A DNA stretch of 64,000 nt from Candidatus Uhrbacteria bacterium RIFCSPLOWO2_01_FULL_47_17 (GTDB lineage: Bacteria; Patescibacteriota; Patescibacteriia; UBA9934; GWF2-40-263): positions 210,698 to 274,697 of the forward strand of contig MGEI01000005.1 of the NCBI GenBank assembly GCA_001791305.1. The letters run 5' to 3'. Both the position numbers and the translations under genes were made by a program. Below, piece by piece: positions 1 through 9,619 of the stretch. The notes beneath the pieces were generated by a model. It worked only from the letters and a program-made list of their open reading frames with translations. It did no database searches and was not told the origin of the DNA. The first letter of the stretch is position 1; every line of letters starts with the position of its first letter.

Positions 1-2
1 AG

Positions 3-587
3 CTTGCAAAGATTGCATTTGTTCGTCAGACCAAACCGCTCGGTGACGGTCACGCAATTCTCTCCGCACTCCCATTTGTGGAAAAACACGAACCAGTCGC
101 CATTCTCTTTGGAGATGACATCATCGACGGGAAGGTTCCTGCCCTCAAACAGTTGATCGATGTGTACAATGAATACGAATCACCCGTCATCGCCCTTCAA
201 AAAGTTCCAAAGAAAGATGTCTCGAGCTATGGCGTTATTGGTGGAAAAAAAATGAAAGGTGGCTCCTGGCAAATCGATCGCTTTGTCGAAAAACCCACCG
301 TTGCGGAAGCGCCATCAGATTTGATCGTGATCGGCCGATACATCATCACCCCAGAAGTCATGGAAATGTTGCCGAAAGTTGCTGCGGGAAAAGATGGCGA
401 GATTCGCTTGGCGGACGCATTCGCCAAACATCTCGCAAACGGAAAAGTCCTTTATGGTTGTCAGTTCGATGGCACACGCTATGACTGCGGATCCAAACTC
501 GGATTTGTAAAAGCGCAAATCGAACTTGGACTGAAGCATAAAGACATTGGTTCTGAATTGAAAAAGTATTTGAAAACACTGAAGTGA
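3..587 (+). CDS. galU: UTP-glucose-1-phosphate uridylyltransferase (5' truncated by window edge)
   Basis: Frame open from nt 3: VRQTKPLGDGHAI, GDDII, YGVI, VEKP, GEIRLADA, DCGSKLG motifs of GalU. Confidence 0.9.
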   Translation, partial: LAKIAFVRQTKPLGDGHAILSALPFVEKHEPVAILFGDDIIDGKVPALKQLIDVYNEYESPVIALQKVPKKDVSSYGVIGGKKMKGGSWQIDRFVEKPTVAEAPSDLIVIGRYIITPEVMEMLPKVAAGKDGEIRLADAFAKHLANGKVLYGCQFDGTRYDCGSKLGFVKAQIELGLKHKDIGSELKKYLKTLK

Positions 588-1975
588 ACTATATGACCAC
601 ACGGAGGAATCTTTCAAAATTGATTGCCGCTTTGTCCCTTGTGACCTTGCTTGGCGCAGGTTGCGGTGGACCGTCTGCTGCACAAATTGCGGCATCAAAA
701 CCCGTCAGTCTTGTTGTCTGGCGCGTGTTTGATTCAGATGACGTCATACAACCCGTGATGGCTGCGTATCAAAAAATTCATCCGAATGTTTCGTTTGAGT
801 ATCGTGAATTGCGTTCAGACGAATTTAAAAACGAACTCTTACGCGCCCTTGCCGAAGGAAACGGTCCGGATATTTTTTCTGTGAATAACGCATGGATTGG
901 GGAATATCAGTCCCTCATGACGCCCCTTCCTTCTTCCCTTAAAATTCCGTATTCAGAAGTGCGTGGAACGATTAAAAAAGAAACCATTTATACCGTAAAA
1001 GAACAGCCAACCATTTCTCTCCGATCCTTAAAAACAGATTTTATTGATGTTGTGGCAACAGACGTGCTCAGACCTTTTCAAGAAAACACCAAAGCCCCTG
1101 TCACAGACCGCATCTTTGGACTTCCGCTTGCGGTTGATAACCTCGCCCTTTACTACAACAAAGATTTGCTGAACGCCGCTGGATTTCCTGAGCCACCAAA
1201 AACCTGGACACAATTTCAAGAACAAACAACCAAATTAACGCGCATTGGAACCGGAGGTGAAATCCTCCAGTCCGGTGCAGCACTTGGAACAAGTAAAAAC
1301 GTGGAACGCGCATCAGACATTCTTTCGCTCCTCATGATGCAAAACGGAACACAAATGACCGATGAACGCGGCGTTGCTACGTTTGCAAACGCAAACCAAG
1401 AAAGACAAATTGTTGGATTAGATGCAGTCAATTTCTACACAGATTTTGCAAACCCAACCAAACAGGTCTACAGCTGGAATGCAAAACAACCAAATTCCTT
1501 TGACGCATTCACCGCTGGAAAAACTGCCTTCTTCTTTGGATATTCCTACCACGCACCGCTCATTCGCGCGGGCGCACCAAAACTTCCGTTTGCGATTGCA
1601 ACGGTGCCACAAATTGAAGGCGGAAAAAATGTTAACTACGCAAACTACTGGATTGAAACCGTTTCAAAAGCCTCTGAAAATCCAGATTTTGCCTGGGACT
1701 TTATCCAATTTGCCGCAAGCGCAGAACAAGTTCCGGCTTACCTCACGGCCGCACGCAAACCGCCTGCTCGTCGTGCCCTCATCAATTCGCAAATGCAGGA
1801 CGAAGATCTTTCCATTTTTGCCTCACAACTTCTCACAGCCAAAAGTTGGTACAAAGGAAAAAATGCATCCGTTGCGGAAGGGGCGCTCCTTGATTTGATC
1901 AACGCGGTTCTTCTTGCGGAAGACGGAAATAAGGCCATGCAGGAAGCACAAAATAAAGTGAATCAGACGCTTTAA
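584..1975 (+). CDS. Extracellular solute-binding lipoprotein (sugar ABC SBP family 1)
   Basis: Lipobox LLGAGC; GPDIF, LYYNKDLL, PKTW motifs. Confidence 0.85.
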   Translation: MNYMTTRRNLSKLIAALSLVTLLGAGCGGPSAAQIAASKPVSLVVWRVFDSDDVIQPVMAAYQKIHPNVSFEYRELRSDEFKNELLRALAEGNGPDIFSVNNAWIGEYQSLMTPLPSSLKIPYSEVRGTIKKETIYTVKEQPTISLRSLKTDFIDVVATDVLRPFQENTKAPVTDRIFGLPLAVDNLALYYNKDLLNAAGFPEPPKTWTQFQEQTTKLTRIGTGGEILQSGAALGTSKNVERASDILSLLMMQNGTQMTDERGVATFANANQERQIVGLDAVNFYTDFANPTKQVYSWNAKQPNSFDAFTAGKTAFFFGYSYHAPLIRAGAPKLPFAIATVPQIEGGKNVNYANYWIETVSKASENPDFAWDFIQFAASAEQVPAYLTAARKPPARRALINSQMQDEDLSIFASQLLTAKSWYKGKNASVAEGALLDLINAVLLAEDGNKAMQEAQNKVNQTL

Positions 1976-1980
1976 GACAT

Positions 1981-2640
1981 ATGAAAAAACTTGCTACCAT
2001 TTTCCTTACGCTTGTTCTCCTTATCGCCCCGTCGATGAGTTTTGCGGCGTATGTGAGTGAAAACTGTCCGGGTGATCCCCTTTCCACAACCGTGCTCTGT
2101 CCAAAAGAAAGTGTGGGATGGTTTATGCAAGGCATTACAAACGCCTGCGGTAATGCAGGCAACTGCACGCTCAATGATCTCATGACTGTGGTCGCAAACG
2201 TTGGAAATTTTGTGCTCAGAATCATTGGAGCGGTCGTGCTTTTCATGTATGTTCTTGGAGGATTCTGGTATCTTGTGTCTCATGGAGATCCCAAGCTTGT
2301 TGAAAAAGGAAAAACCGCACTGAAAGTTTCAACAACAGGTCTCGTGATTGTGATGTTCGCTTATCTTGGTGTCACAACGCTCAAAAAATACATTACCAAT
2401 CAAGCGTCCACTGGCCTAGGAGGAGTAACCTATGTTGCCTCGTGCAGCGCAAGCACAGAAGGACAGGCGTGTGCGCTCAATAAAAAATGTGCAGGGGGTA
2501 CATGTATTGAACTGTGTACAGTAGATTACAGCGGAACCTATAGTTGTGTGGAAAAAAATGTGGTTGATGCAAGCAAACTCAGTTCCTGTGTTCCAAATAA
2601 GTGCTCTTCCTCTGTTGATACCTTGTGTTGCCCTCCTTAA
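1981..2640 (+). CDS. TrbC/VirB2-like pilin with Cys-rich N- and C-terminal extensions
   Basis: Signal peptide; pilin core GGFWYLVSHGDPKLVEKGK..GLVIV; many Cys in C-terminal tail. Confidence 0.75.
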   Translation: MKKLATIFLTLVLLIAPSMSFAAYVSENCPGDPLSTTVLCPKESVGWFMQGITNACGNAGNCTLNDLMTVVANVGNFVLRIIGAVVLFMYVLGGFWYLVSHGDPKLVEKGKTALKVSTTGLVIVMFAYLGVTTLKKYITNQASTGLGGVTYVASCSASTEGQACALNKKCAGGTCIELCTVDYSGTYSCVEKNVVDASKLSSCVPNKCSSSVDTLCCPP

Positions 2641-2650
2641 ACGTCCCCTT

Positions 2651-2989
2651 ATGAATATCTCCTCGAAAAAAATAGCCATTGCAACATATCTTATCTTTTT
2701 ATTGCCTCTTGTGACGCATGCAGAACTCATTAACCCACTTGGAACCACAAGCATTGAAGGCTTCATTGGCCGCCTCATTAAAGCGATTCTCGGCCTTTCC
2801 GGATCTGTTGCGCTTCTCATGTTTGTTTGGGGAGGGTTTCAATATCTCTGGTCTGGAGGAGATCCAAAGAAAGTCGAGAAAGGAAAAGAGACGCTCAAAA
2901 ATGCCGTGCTTGGAATCGTGATCATCTTCTTTTCCTACACTCTCGTGAACACTCTCATCAAAATTCTCGCAACCGGAGCTGTGACGTAG
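2651..2989 (+). CDS. TrbC/VirB2-like pilin
   Basis: NPLG, GGFQYLWSGGDPKKVEKGK..A..G.VII pilin signature; ATG at 2651. Confidence 0.8.
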   Translation: MNISSKKIAIATYLIFLLPLVTHAELINPLGTTSIEGFIGRLIKAILGLSGSVALLMFVWGGFQYLWSGGDPKKVEKGKETLKNAVLGIVIIFFSYTLVNTLIKILATGAVT

Positions 2990-3121
2990 TTTTCGTCTCA
3001 CTGTGGATATCTTCCATATCAAAAATTCCAAAAAAACGATAAAATAGCTTTATCGTTTTTTCTATTCAAAAAATTTTTAATCTGTTTGTTCGGGAGTAGA
3101 CCCCTCCCCTACCTCATTTCT

Positions 3122-3568
3122 ATGAAGAAGATCTCACAAAAAATCAGTCACAGCGTCCTTCGTGCTTCTGTCGCTGCGTCTCTTGCTGTTCCAGCCATGC
3201 TCGGATTCGCCGGAAAGGCGTTCGCGGCGGATGGTGCATTAACAGCAGATGAACTGTTTGGAGGTGCTGACCAAGGAGACGGAGCAGATTTTGCTGGAGC
3301 TTCAGGTCTGAGCTCAGGAAACCTTATTGACACTATTTCTTCCATCATTCGTGTCGCTCTCGGATTCCTGGGTGTTATTGCCGTGGTTATCATTCTTCTC
3401 GGAGGATTTAAGTGGATGACTTCTGGCGGAAATGATGAAAAAGTAAAGAAAGCAAAACAACTCATCTTCCAAGGAATTATCGGACTCGTCATTGTCCTTT
3501 CTTCCTACGCCATCGCTTCGTTCGTTATTACATCCATTACAACCGCTACAGCTGGAAGCGCAACGTAA
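3122..3568 (+). CDS. TrbC/VirB2-like pilin
   Basis: Signal peptide AFA; GGFKWMTSGGNDEKVKKAK..GIIGLVIV. Confidence 0.85.
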   Translation: MKKISQKISHSVLRASVAASLAVPAMLGFAGKAFAADGALTADELFGGADQGDGADFAGASGLSSGNLIDTISSIIRVALGFLGVIAVVIILLGGFKWMTSGGNDEKVKKAKQLIFQGIIGLVIVLSSYAIASFVITSITTATAGSAT

Positions 3569-3691
3569 AAATTTCATTTTTCATTTCCCCATTCTTAAAT
3601 GGGGATTTGCATGAGTGGATCAGCTTGATCCTTTCATGCGAATGCAAATTTTTCGAAGCGGGGTCGGGGACCCCACCCATAACACACGTCT

Positions 3692-4078
3692 ATGAAAAGA
3701 TTCCCGATTTTCCTTAGTGTTCTCTTTCAGGTCTTTGTCCTTTCAAAGTTACCGGCGTTTGCCGGAGCGGCAGATCCTGCCAGCATTTTAACCGGAGGGT
3801 TAAATGACGCGGCAAAAGATTCTGGGTTTAATCAAACCTTGAGTCTACCCGCGCTCATTGGACGCTTCATTGGTGTCATGCTTGGGCTCATGGGAATCAT
3901 TTTTATTGTGTATCTTGTCTGGGCCGGCATCATGTACATGACCGCAGCCGGAGATGACACAAAGGTCAAAAAAGCAAAGCAAATGATCAATCAATCCATC
4001 ATCGGAATCATCATCATGGTTTCTGCCTACGCCATCTCAAGCTTCATCATTTCTCAACTTACAACCGCCGTTAAATAA
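3692..4078 (+). CDS. TrbC/VirB2-like pilin
   Basis: AGIMYMTAAGDDTKVKKAK..SIIGIII. Confidence 0.85.
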   Translation: MKRFPIFLSVLFQVFVLSKLPAFAGAADPASILTGGLNDAAKDSGFNQTLSLPALIGRFIGVMLGLMGIIFIVYLVWAGIMYMTAAGDDTKVKKAKQMINQSIIGIIIMVSAYAISSFIISQLTTAVK

Positions 4079-4111
4079 TCCTTTACACACTGAACCCTAA
4101 TCAACATCTGT

Positions 4112-4522
4112 ATGTTAAAAAATAGTTATCTCAAATTCGGCGCAATGATCGGTTCACTTCCAGCTCTCATTCTTCCCCTTTCTGTTTCTGCTGGTGCAAC
4201 CGCAGCGCCAGGTCAAGGTCTTAATGCTTCTCAAGGCTCTCTCACAACTATTAAAGAAGGGGCGGGTATCACTGCAGGCGCATCGGACCTTCCAACCTTA
4301 ATCGGAAGAATCATTGGTGTTCTTCTTGGAGTCATGGGTATTATCTTGGTTATTTACATTGTTCTTGCGGGTATCACGTACATGACGGCAGGAGGAGATG
4401 ACGCAAAGGTCAAGAAAGCAAAGGCGATGATTCAAACCTCTGTTGTTGGTATCATCATCATCGTTGCGGCGTACTCCATTTCCAGTTTCGTTATTTCACA
4501 GATTATTACAGCAACCGCATAA
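4112..4522 (+). CDS. TrbC/VirB2-like pilin (close paralog of 3692..4078)
   Basis: AGITYMTAGGDDAKVKKAK..SVVGIII. Confidence 0.85.
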   Translation: MLKNSYLKFGAMIGSLPALILPLSVSAGATAAPGQGLNASQGSLTTIKEGAGITAGASDLPTLIGRIIGVLLGVMGIILVIYIVLAGITYMTAGGDDAKVKKAKAMIQTSVVGIIIIVAAYSISSFVISQIITATA

Positions 4523-4632
4523 ATACTACGGGGAAAACGGGGCGCAAAAACGTCCTGTTTTTTTGTTCCAATGAAAAAGCCCCGACACCCTTACAGCGAT
4601 TTGCTGTTTTGGATGCCGAGGCAAGGTTGAGA

Positions 4633-5490
4633 TCAGTACTGAGGATCACCCGTTCGAGCGCTGATCGACAGGCGCCCCGAATGGTTGCTGACCGAGTTGT
4701 CGTGGAAGATGGTCCGCCTTGGATTCCCCCAGACGATCTGGAGCGGAAACCCGGGAACCACGATGGTGGAAACTGGAGTCAGGTAGACAAGTTCGATCAC
4801 GTCTCCTTGCTGGTAGCCAAGGAAGATCGTGTCGACTTCAGACGGGTCAATTCCCTTTGCAGGATCTTGGTCCGCCTTCTTGTCGCCGTTCAGGTCCGTA
4901 TAGAAATCCACGAACCGAACTCCTGCGGGTCCTGGGCCTTTGTGTGCGATGGCAAGCAACTGGCCGTTCTTGCGAACAACCACACGCTGCATTCCCGCAC
5001 GAGCAAACCACTTGAGCCCACCCGAGTTGATCGAGTGAAGTTCCGCATGAAACGGAGTCCCACCAAACATGTTCCAGGTTGCGGCTGCGTAGTTGCCGAC
5101 AGGCTCGATGACCTGGGAAGGAGCGTCCATCATGTACAGAGGCATTGCGGCCGCCGGCATGATTGGCGTAACTTCACCCGGAGGCAGAACCGCTTTGGGG
5201 GCGGATTCGAGCGCCTTCAGGGACTTCGACACCCGAGCGAGTTCGGCTTCGAACTTGTCGCTCTTTTTCGCCTTGGCCTTGAGGACGAGGACGTCCACTT
5301 CGAGGAAGCACCTCTCTTGCGCAAGTGCGACCACGAGTTTGTCGGTCGTGGGAACGATCGCTGGATTGTACTTCGTCACGCAGACCGACTTGTCGGCTGC
5401 GATCTCGGCGTCCGTCGGAATCGCTGCCACTTCGGCGAGCGCGATCGAAGACACGAGGGACAGGACGAGGGAAACGATGATCTTGAACAT
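4633..5490 (-). CDS. Hypothetical secreted protein (GC-rich block)
   Basis: 285-aa ORF, signal peptide ending ALA, GGGAG SD. Confidence 0.65.
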   Translation of the reverse strand: MFKIIVSLVLSLVSSIALAEVAAIPTDAEIAADKSVCVTKYNPAIVPTTDKLVVALAQERCFLEVDVLVLKAKAKKSDKFEAELARVSKSLKALESAPKAVLPPGEVTPIMPAAAMPLYMMDAPSQVIEPVGNYAAATWNMFGGTPFHAELHSINSGGLKWFARAGMQRVVVRKNGQLLAIAHKGPGPAGVRFVDFYTDLNGDKKADQDPAKGIDPSEVDTIFLGYQQGDVIELVYLTPVSTIVVPGFPLQIVWGNPRRTIFHDNSVSNHSGRLSISARTGDPQY

Positions 5491-5559
5491 GGGAACTCCC
5501 GTGGTCCGAGTCGGACCGATTGTCTGTTTCAGACCGACTCGGAACCGTTCCTTGTCGAT

Positions 5560-6123
5560 CTATTTTCCGTACACCTTCTTGCGCACCTCTTTGAGGTTTT
5601 GCGCAGCGCATGCAGCGACTTCACCGTCTGTGCCAGGCGGACGTCCGCTCGGACACGCTGTCAGACCTCCGCCTGCCACTTGCGCGGCTTGCGGTTGGCT
5701 TAGCAAGGAAACCGGTACCTCACCGAGTCGCGGAAGTTGTCCCGGCACGTAGCCAAGGCTTGCCGCTTCTGCTGCGAGGATCGCAGGCGAGACGCCGTAT
5801 GGATTGGCGCCGTACGTTCCGTACGCGCCGTAGCCGTAGGTGTACCCAGCCTGGACATCAGAACGAACCGCGTCCTGGCCGAGCGTCGCCGGCATGCCTT
5901 TCGCGATCGCCGCTTGCGCGACGTCGCCAGACTGCAAGGTCTGCACACGCCGCGTTTCCGCATCGAGCAGGTTCCGAGCTCCGCCCGAGGTGCCACTGAA
6001 GTTCACCTCGAGCTTGGTCGTCCGAGCCGGCTTTCCCGCTTGCGCAGGCTCCGTCTCAACGATCGAGGTTTTCATCTGGGCGCAACTTGCGCACAGGAGC
6101 AAACTGAGTGCCAAGAATTTCAT
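5560..6123 (-). CDS. Hypothetical lipoprotein with Tyr/Gly-rich segment
   Basis: MKFLALSLLLCASC lipobox-like; GYTYGYGAYGTYG; AAGGA SD. Confidence 0.65.
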   Translation of the reverse strand: MKFLALSLLLCASCAQMKTSIVETEPAQAGKPARTTKLEVNFSGTSGGARNLLDAETRRVQTLQSGDVAQAAIAKGMPATLGQDAVRSDVQAGYTYGYGAYGTYGANPYGVSPAILAAEAASLGYVPGQLPRLGEVPVSLLSQPQAAQVAGGGLTACPSGRPPGTDGEVAACAAQNLKEVRKKVYGK

Positions 6124-6379
6124 GGCCGTCCTTGTGCCGACTCGTCACACGACTGTCGGTTCTGAGAATGTGTTTTCCGATCCTTTCGGAAAAACAGAGA
6201 TTCGTTAAAGGCACGAAGAAGCTTTGAACCGTTGATTTCAAGCCTTTTTCGCATCTTCAACCATTCTTTGTAACGGCTTACTATACCATAAAAATGCCAT
6301 TTTGTCAAGGTATTATGGCCTTTTTCTTGACTTTTTGGCTGTTTTTTCGTGTAATGACAAAGCCATTTGGAGGCATTTC

Positions 6380-6772
6380 ATGAATGACGAGCCGTTTGGG
6401 CATCTCACGCACCTCAAGCAATTTCGTGACGAAGAAAAATCCTATCAGGAGCTTTTGCGAACCGCCCGTCGTATTGTTCGCGAGCGACAATTCTCTGGCA
6501 CGTTCCTTGCAGAAGATCTTTTGGCACGCGACCGTATATTTGGGTTGCTCAAAAAGCAAAACTTTAAAAACATGGATGAAACGCCCGTGAAATGGGAACG
6601 TCTCAAAGCCTTGTACGAAAAGCCGCAGACAGACGATCAAAAAAATTTAGAAACACTGTTGCTCATTCGATCCTTTTTGTTTTATGCCGTGGAACGTCAT
6701 GATGTCTATCGAACACCACTTGTTGGATCTCCACATGCGGTTCAGGGCTTTGCCTTCAGTAAAACCGGTTAA
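6380..6772 (+). CDS. Hypothetical protein
   Basis: GGAGG SD before ATG 6380; TTGACT..TAAT promoter-like sequence upstream. Confidence 0.55.
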   Translation: MNDEPFGHLTHLKQFRDEEKSYQELLRTARRIVRERQFSGTFLAEDLLARDRIFGLLKKQNFKNMDETPVKWERLKALYEKPQTDDQKNLETLLLIRSFLFYAVERHDVYRTPLVGSPHAVQGFAFSKTG

Positions 6773-6794
6773 ACAAATAGCACATCGTCTTCCT

Positions 6795-6822
6795 GCCACC
6801 CTTCGCTGAAGCTTCGGGTGGC
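6795..6822. repeat. REP-like palindrome GCCACCCTTCGCTGAAGCTTCGGGTGGC (probably also a terminator)
   Basis: Hairpin followed by T-run; near-identical inverted copy at 30357-30386. Confidence 0.6.
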
Positions 6823-6877
6823 TTTTCTTTTTCCAGAAAATAAAAAATCGAAGGGGGTTAGCCTTCGACAGAGAATC

Positions 6878-9313
6878 TCACTCACACTCAAGGTCTCTTC
6901 GCCACTCATACGAGTAGCCCGCGCATTCAGATGCACTGATTTTTTGACTCCTTCGACGCGGCTGTGTCGCACGCGTTCCAGAAACCGGAACTGGCGCAAT
7001 CACTTGTGCGCTCACGGGAGCAGACGGAGCGGGAGGCTGTACGGTTGGCTGAGGAGCCGGGGCCGTCATCTGGTTGATGAGCTTCGCAGGCAGACTCGCC
7101 GGAGCTTCCGCCGCATAATGTGCGTTGATGTCGGACTCAATCCACGGCCATGAGGCGAGCCCAAGGACGAGGATAAGGGCGACACTGCGCAACCACCAGT
7201 TACGTCGATAATCAATGCTTTTCGGCATTCCGGTTTCGACACTGGTTTCTCGACTCACTTCTTCCATTCGTCGGACAGCCTTCCAAAGAAGGAACCCGGC
7301 CCCCGAAAAGATGAGGATCGATTGCACAATGCGTGATCCCATAATCCATCCGACCACATCACTGAAGGACTTGCCCAACCAGTGAGCTGCCAACGCTCCA
7401 ATTATGGCTACAAAAACAATGGTCGAAAGAGCACCGAATAGACGCGTAGTCTTGCGCGCGCGCTGACGAGCTTCCTCACCGAACTCATACCCAGACAATC
7501 CCATCTGGGATGCAAGGGCGAAGAACGTGGGGACGCAAATCAGCAAGCGAAAGATGAGCGGTGTTTTCAACGAAAGGAGAACGCTGAAAATACCCACATG
7601 AATGAAAAGAAACATGATCAGGATGCGTCCCTTATTGACCAGCCAGTCTTTGTGAACGTTCGGAAAGAACCGTGTCACAATCGACAGCAGGCCTTGAATA
7701 GCCGTGAAGGAAAACAGTTCGATGCACGCGAGAATTCCGCCACCTGCGACAAGCGCAACGGCGAATTCATGCGGCAGGAGTCGTTCCATGACGTCGGCCG
7801 TGATAAGGATGGCTGCGGGAATTCCCGTTGTGATTCCGAAAACCACGAACAGAAACCGAGTCCATCCGGAGAAATTCCACGCAAGCGCAAGGCAAAGCAG
7901 TGGAAGCCCACCGTAGGCGATATCGATGTTCGAGAACGTGAGGGGGTGATGCAAGCTCACCGCAAACGCGCCGAAAAGCACAAGTCCGAGGAACATGGCG
8001 AACAACGCCGTGAATCCAATGAAGCTCGCAAGAGCGTATTTGCCAATGGTTTGCGCAAACACCCCGACAGCTTTTTCGACTCGCACACCAGTGGCGAGCG
8101 CGGTACCAGTTACAGGATCCTGTGCGTTATCGAATGCATTCTTTGCGTGTTCAAACGCAAGACGCATCCTGTTCTCGATGGTGAGCGTAGAACCGAGCCA
8201 CATCTGAAGATGTGTTTGGATCGCCGCGTACTCATCGTCACTCAGGCCATTCGCCTGATTCGCGTCTGTAACGAACATGTCCCCAAGATGATTGATTTTC
8301 TCAGGGCTCTGAGCGATGTCGTTTGCGAGATCGATGATGAGCTTTTGTTCAAGCGGCGTCCGTGTCGCAACTTTCTGCGTCAGGAGCTTCATGAGCAAAA
8401 GGCCCTTCTCACTCACTTCGACTTTCTTTGGCGCCAACGGATCCTTCAGCACAAGCGCTGCTTTCGCGAGCGCGAGCAATTCGGGATCCATCGGATAGAC
8501 GGACGCGATGCGCGTCACGGCAATGGCAAGCGGAACGAGGGTTCCTTTGTGAATCTTTCTCGGAACGAGCACCCGCCGCGTGCGCGGCTGGTTGTTGTTC
8601 TGATTCTGATTCCTGCCACGACCGCCCTGTTGGTCGTTTGGTAGCGGTTCAACGGGAACCTCTTCCCAATGTTCATCGTGTGCAGCTCGCCAATCGTGAG
8701 TAAACTTCCGACCATTGACGCCAGCCAAAATGACGGCGCCGTCTGTGTCGTACTGCAGTTTGCCGTCCTCACCCCATTCCGGAAAAAGCAGACCGTACTT
8801 TACCCAGTAATCGACTCCATTCGTGGATTCGACGTCATAGGCAGAGTCGATCGCACCTGGCTTGTGTACGACCGTCGTAGGTGTCTCTGCAGGATCCGTA
8901 ATCACACTATTCACCGTCTCATGCACCTTCTGTTCCCAAGTATCCGCCGCACCTTCCGCAGCACCAACGATGAGGGCGGGCGCAGCGTGTTTCAACACGT
9001 AACGCACCTGTTTCATGATGTTGCCTTGATCATCGGGGAGAAGACCGTCAAAGTCGATATGTTGGAGGAGCTTTGCGAGAAGCGTTCCACAGCCGACCAG
9101 TGTGAGCCCAAGGGCACGCGGTCCAAGCAGCGCATGAACCTTCAAAAGGTATTCATTGCTGCGCAGCCGAATGATGGCCCTTGCCACAATATTCTTTGTA
9201 CTATTGCCTTTGGCAATTTCTTCGCGAAGAAGCCTGGAGAGCTCCTGGTGAACATAGCGCTCACCAACCTCTGCCCCCATTTCTCCCAAGATACCCTGAA
9301 CATCGAAAGCCAT
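6878..9313 (-). CDS. Large hypothetical multi-pass membrane protein
   Basis: 811-aa ORF, GAGGAG SD, soluble N-half, about 10 hydrophobic segments, Pro-rich C-tail. Confidence 0.7.
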   Translation of the reverse strand: MAFDVQGILGEMGAEVGERYVHQELSRLLREEIAKGNSTKNIVARAIIRLRSNEYLLKVHALLGPRALGLTLVGCGTLLAKLLQHIDFDGLLPDDQGNIMKQVRYVLKHAAPALIVGAAEGAADTWEQKVHETVNSVITDPAETPTTVVHKPGAIDSAYDVESTNGVDYWVKYGLLFPEWGEDGKLQYDTDGAVILAGVNGRKFTHDWRAAHDEHWEEVPVEPLPNDQQGGRGRNQNQNNNQPRTRRVLVPRKIHKGTLVPLAIAVTRIASVYPMDPELLALAKAALVLKDPLAPKKVEVSEKGLLLMKLLTQKVATRTPLEQKLIIDLANDIAQSPEKINHLGDMFVTDANQANGLSDDEYAAIQTHLQMWLGSTLTIENRMRLAFEHAKNAFDNAQDPVTGTALATGVRVEKAVGVFAQTIGKYALASFIGFTALFAMFLGLVLFGAFAVSLHHPLTFSNIDIAYGGLPLLCLALAWNFSGWTRFLFVVFGITTGIPAAILITADVMERLLPHEFAVALVAGGGILACIELFSFTAIQGLLSIVTRFFPNVHKDWLVNKGRILIMFLFIHVGIFSVLLSLKTPLIFRLLICVPTFFALASQMGLSGYEFGEEARQRARKTTRLFGALSTIVFVAIIGALAAHWLGKSFSDVVGWIMGSRIVQSILIFSGAGFLLWKAVRRMEEVSRETSVETGMPKSIDYRRNWWLRSVALILVLGLASWPWIESDINAHYAAEAPASLPAKLINQMTAPAPQPTVQPPAPSAPVSAQVIAPVPVSGTRATQPRRRSQKISASECAGYSYEWRRDLECE

Positions 9314-9583
9314 GATAGGTCTCCTCTGTGCGGCTTTTGCCGTGTGGTTGACTGAACAAAACGCCGCACACGATTTTATGTGTTCTACGGAACTTCCGCA
9401 GAAAAAAATCGTCTACGCTACGTTTGGTATTCCTCGTTAGGTACGATTTTGCACCGTGAAGAATACGCTTGTTATACCTGATTTATTCTATTTTGTCAAT
9501 CGTTATTGGCAAAATTTGTTGATAAAGTAAAACAAAAATCGATCAAGTGATCGATTTGTTATGAAACACTGACGTTTATAGAT

Positions 9584-9616
9584 CCCCTCCCCCTTCGAGG
9601 GGGAGGGTTAGGGAGG
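9584..9616. repeat. REP-like palindrome CCCCTCCCCCTTCGAGGGGGAGGGTTAGGGAGG
   Basis: GC-rich hairpin plus GGGTTAGGG tail at the 3' end of the oxidoreductase gene. Confidence 0.5.
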
Positions 9617-9619
9617 TGG

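Noticed and set aside
4609-5703. 364-aa + strand ORF and other long overlapping ORFs in the GC-rich block
   Set aside because: Antisense shadows of SD-led, signal-peptide-bearing - strand genes; Arg-rich implausible composition
7598-8644. 348-aa + strand ORF
   Set aside because: Antisense to the 811-aa membrane protein; no motifs
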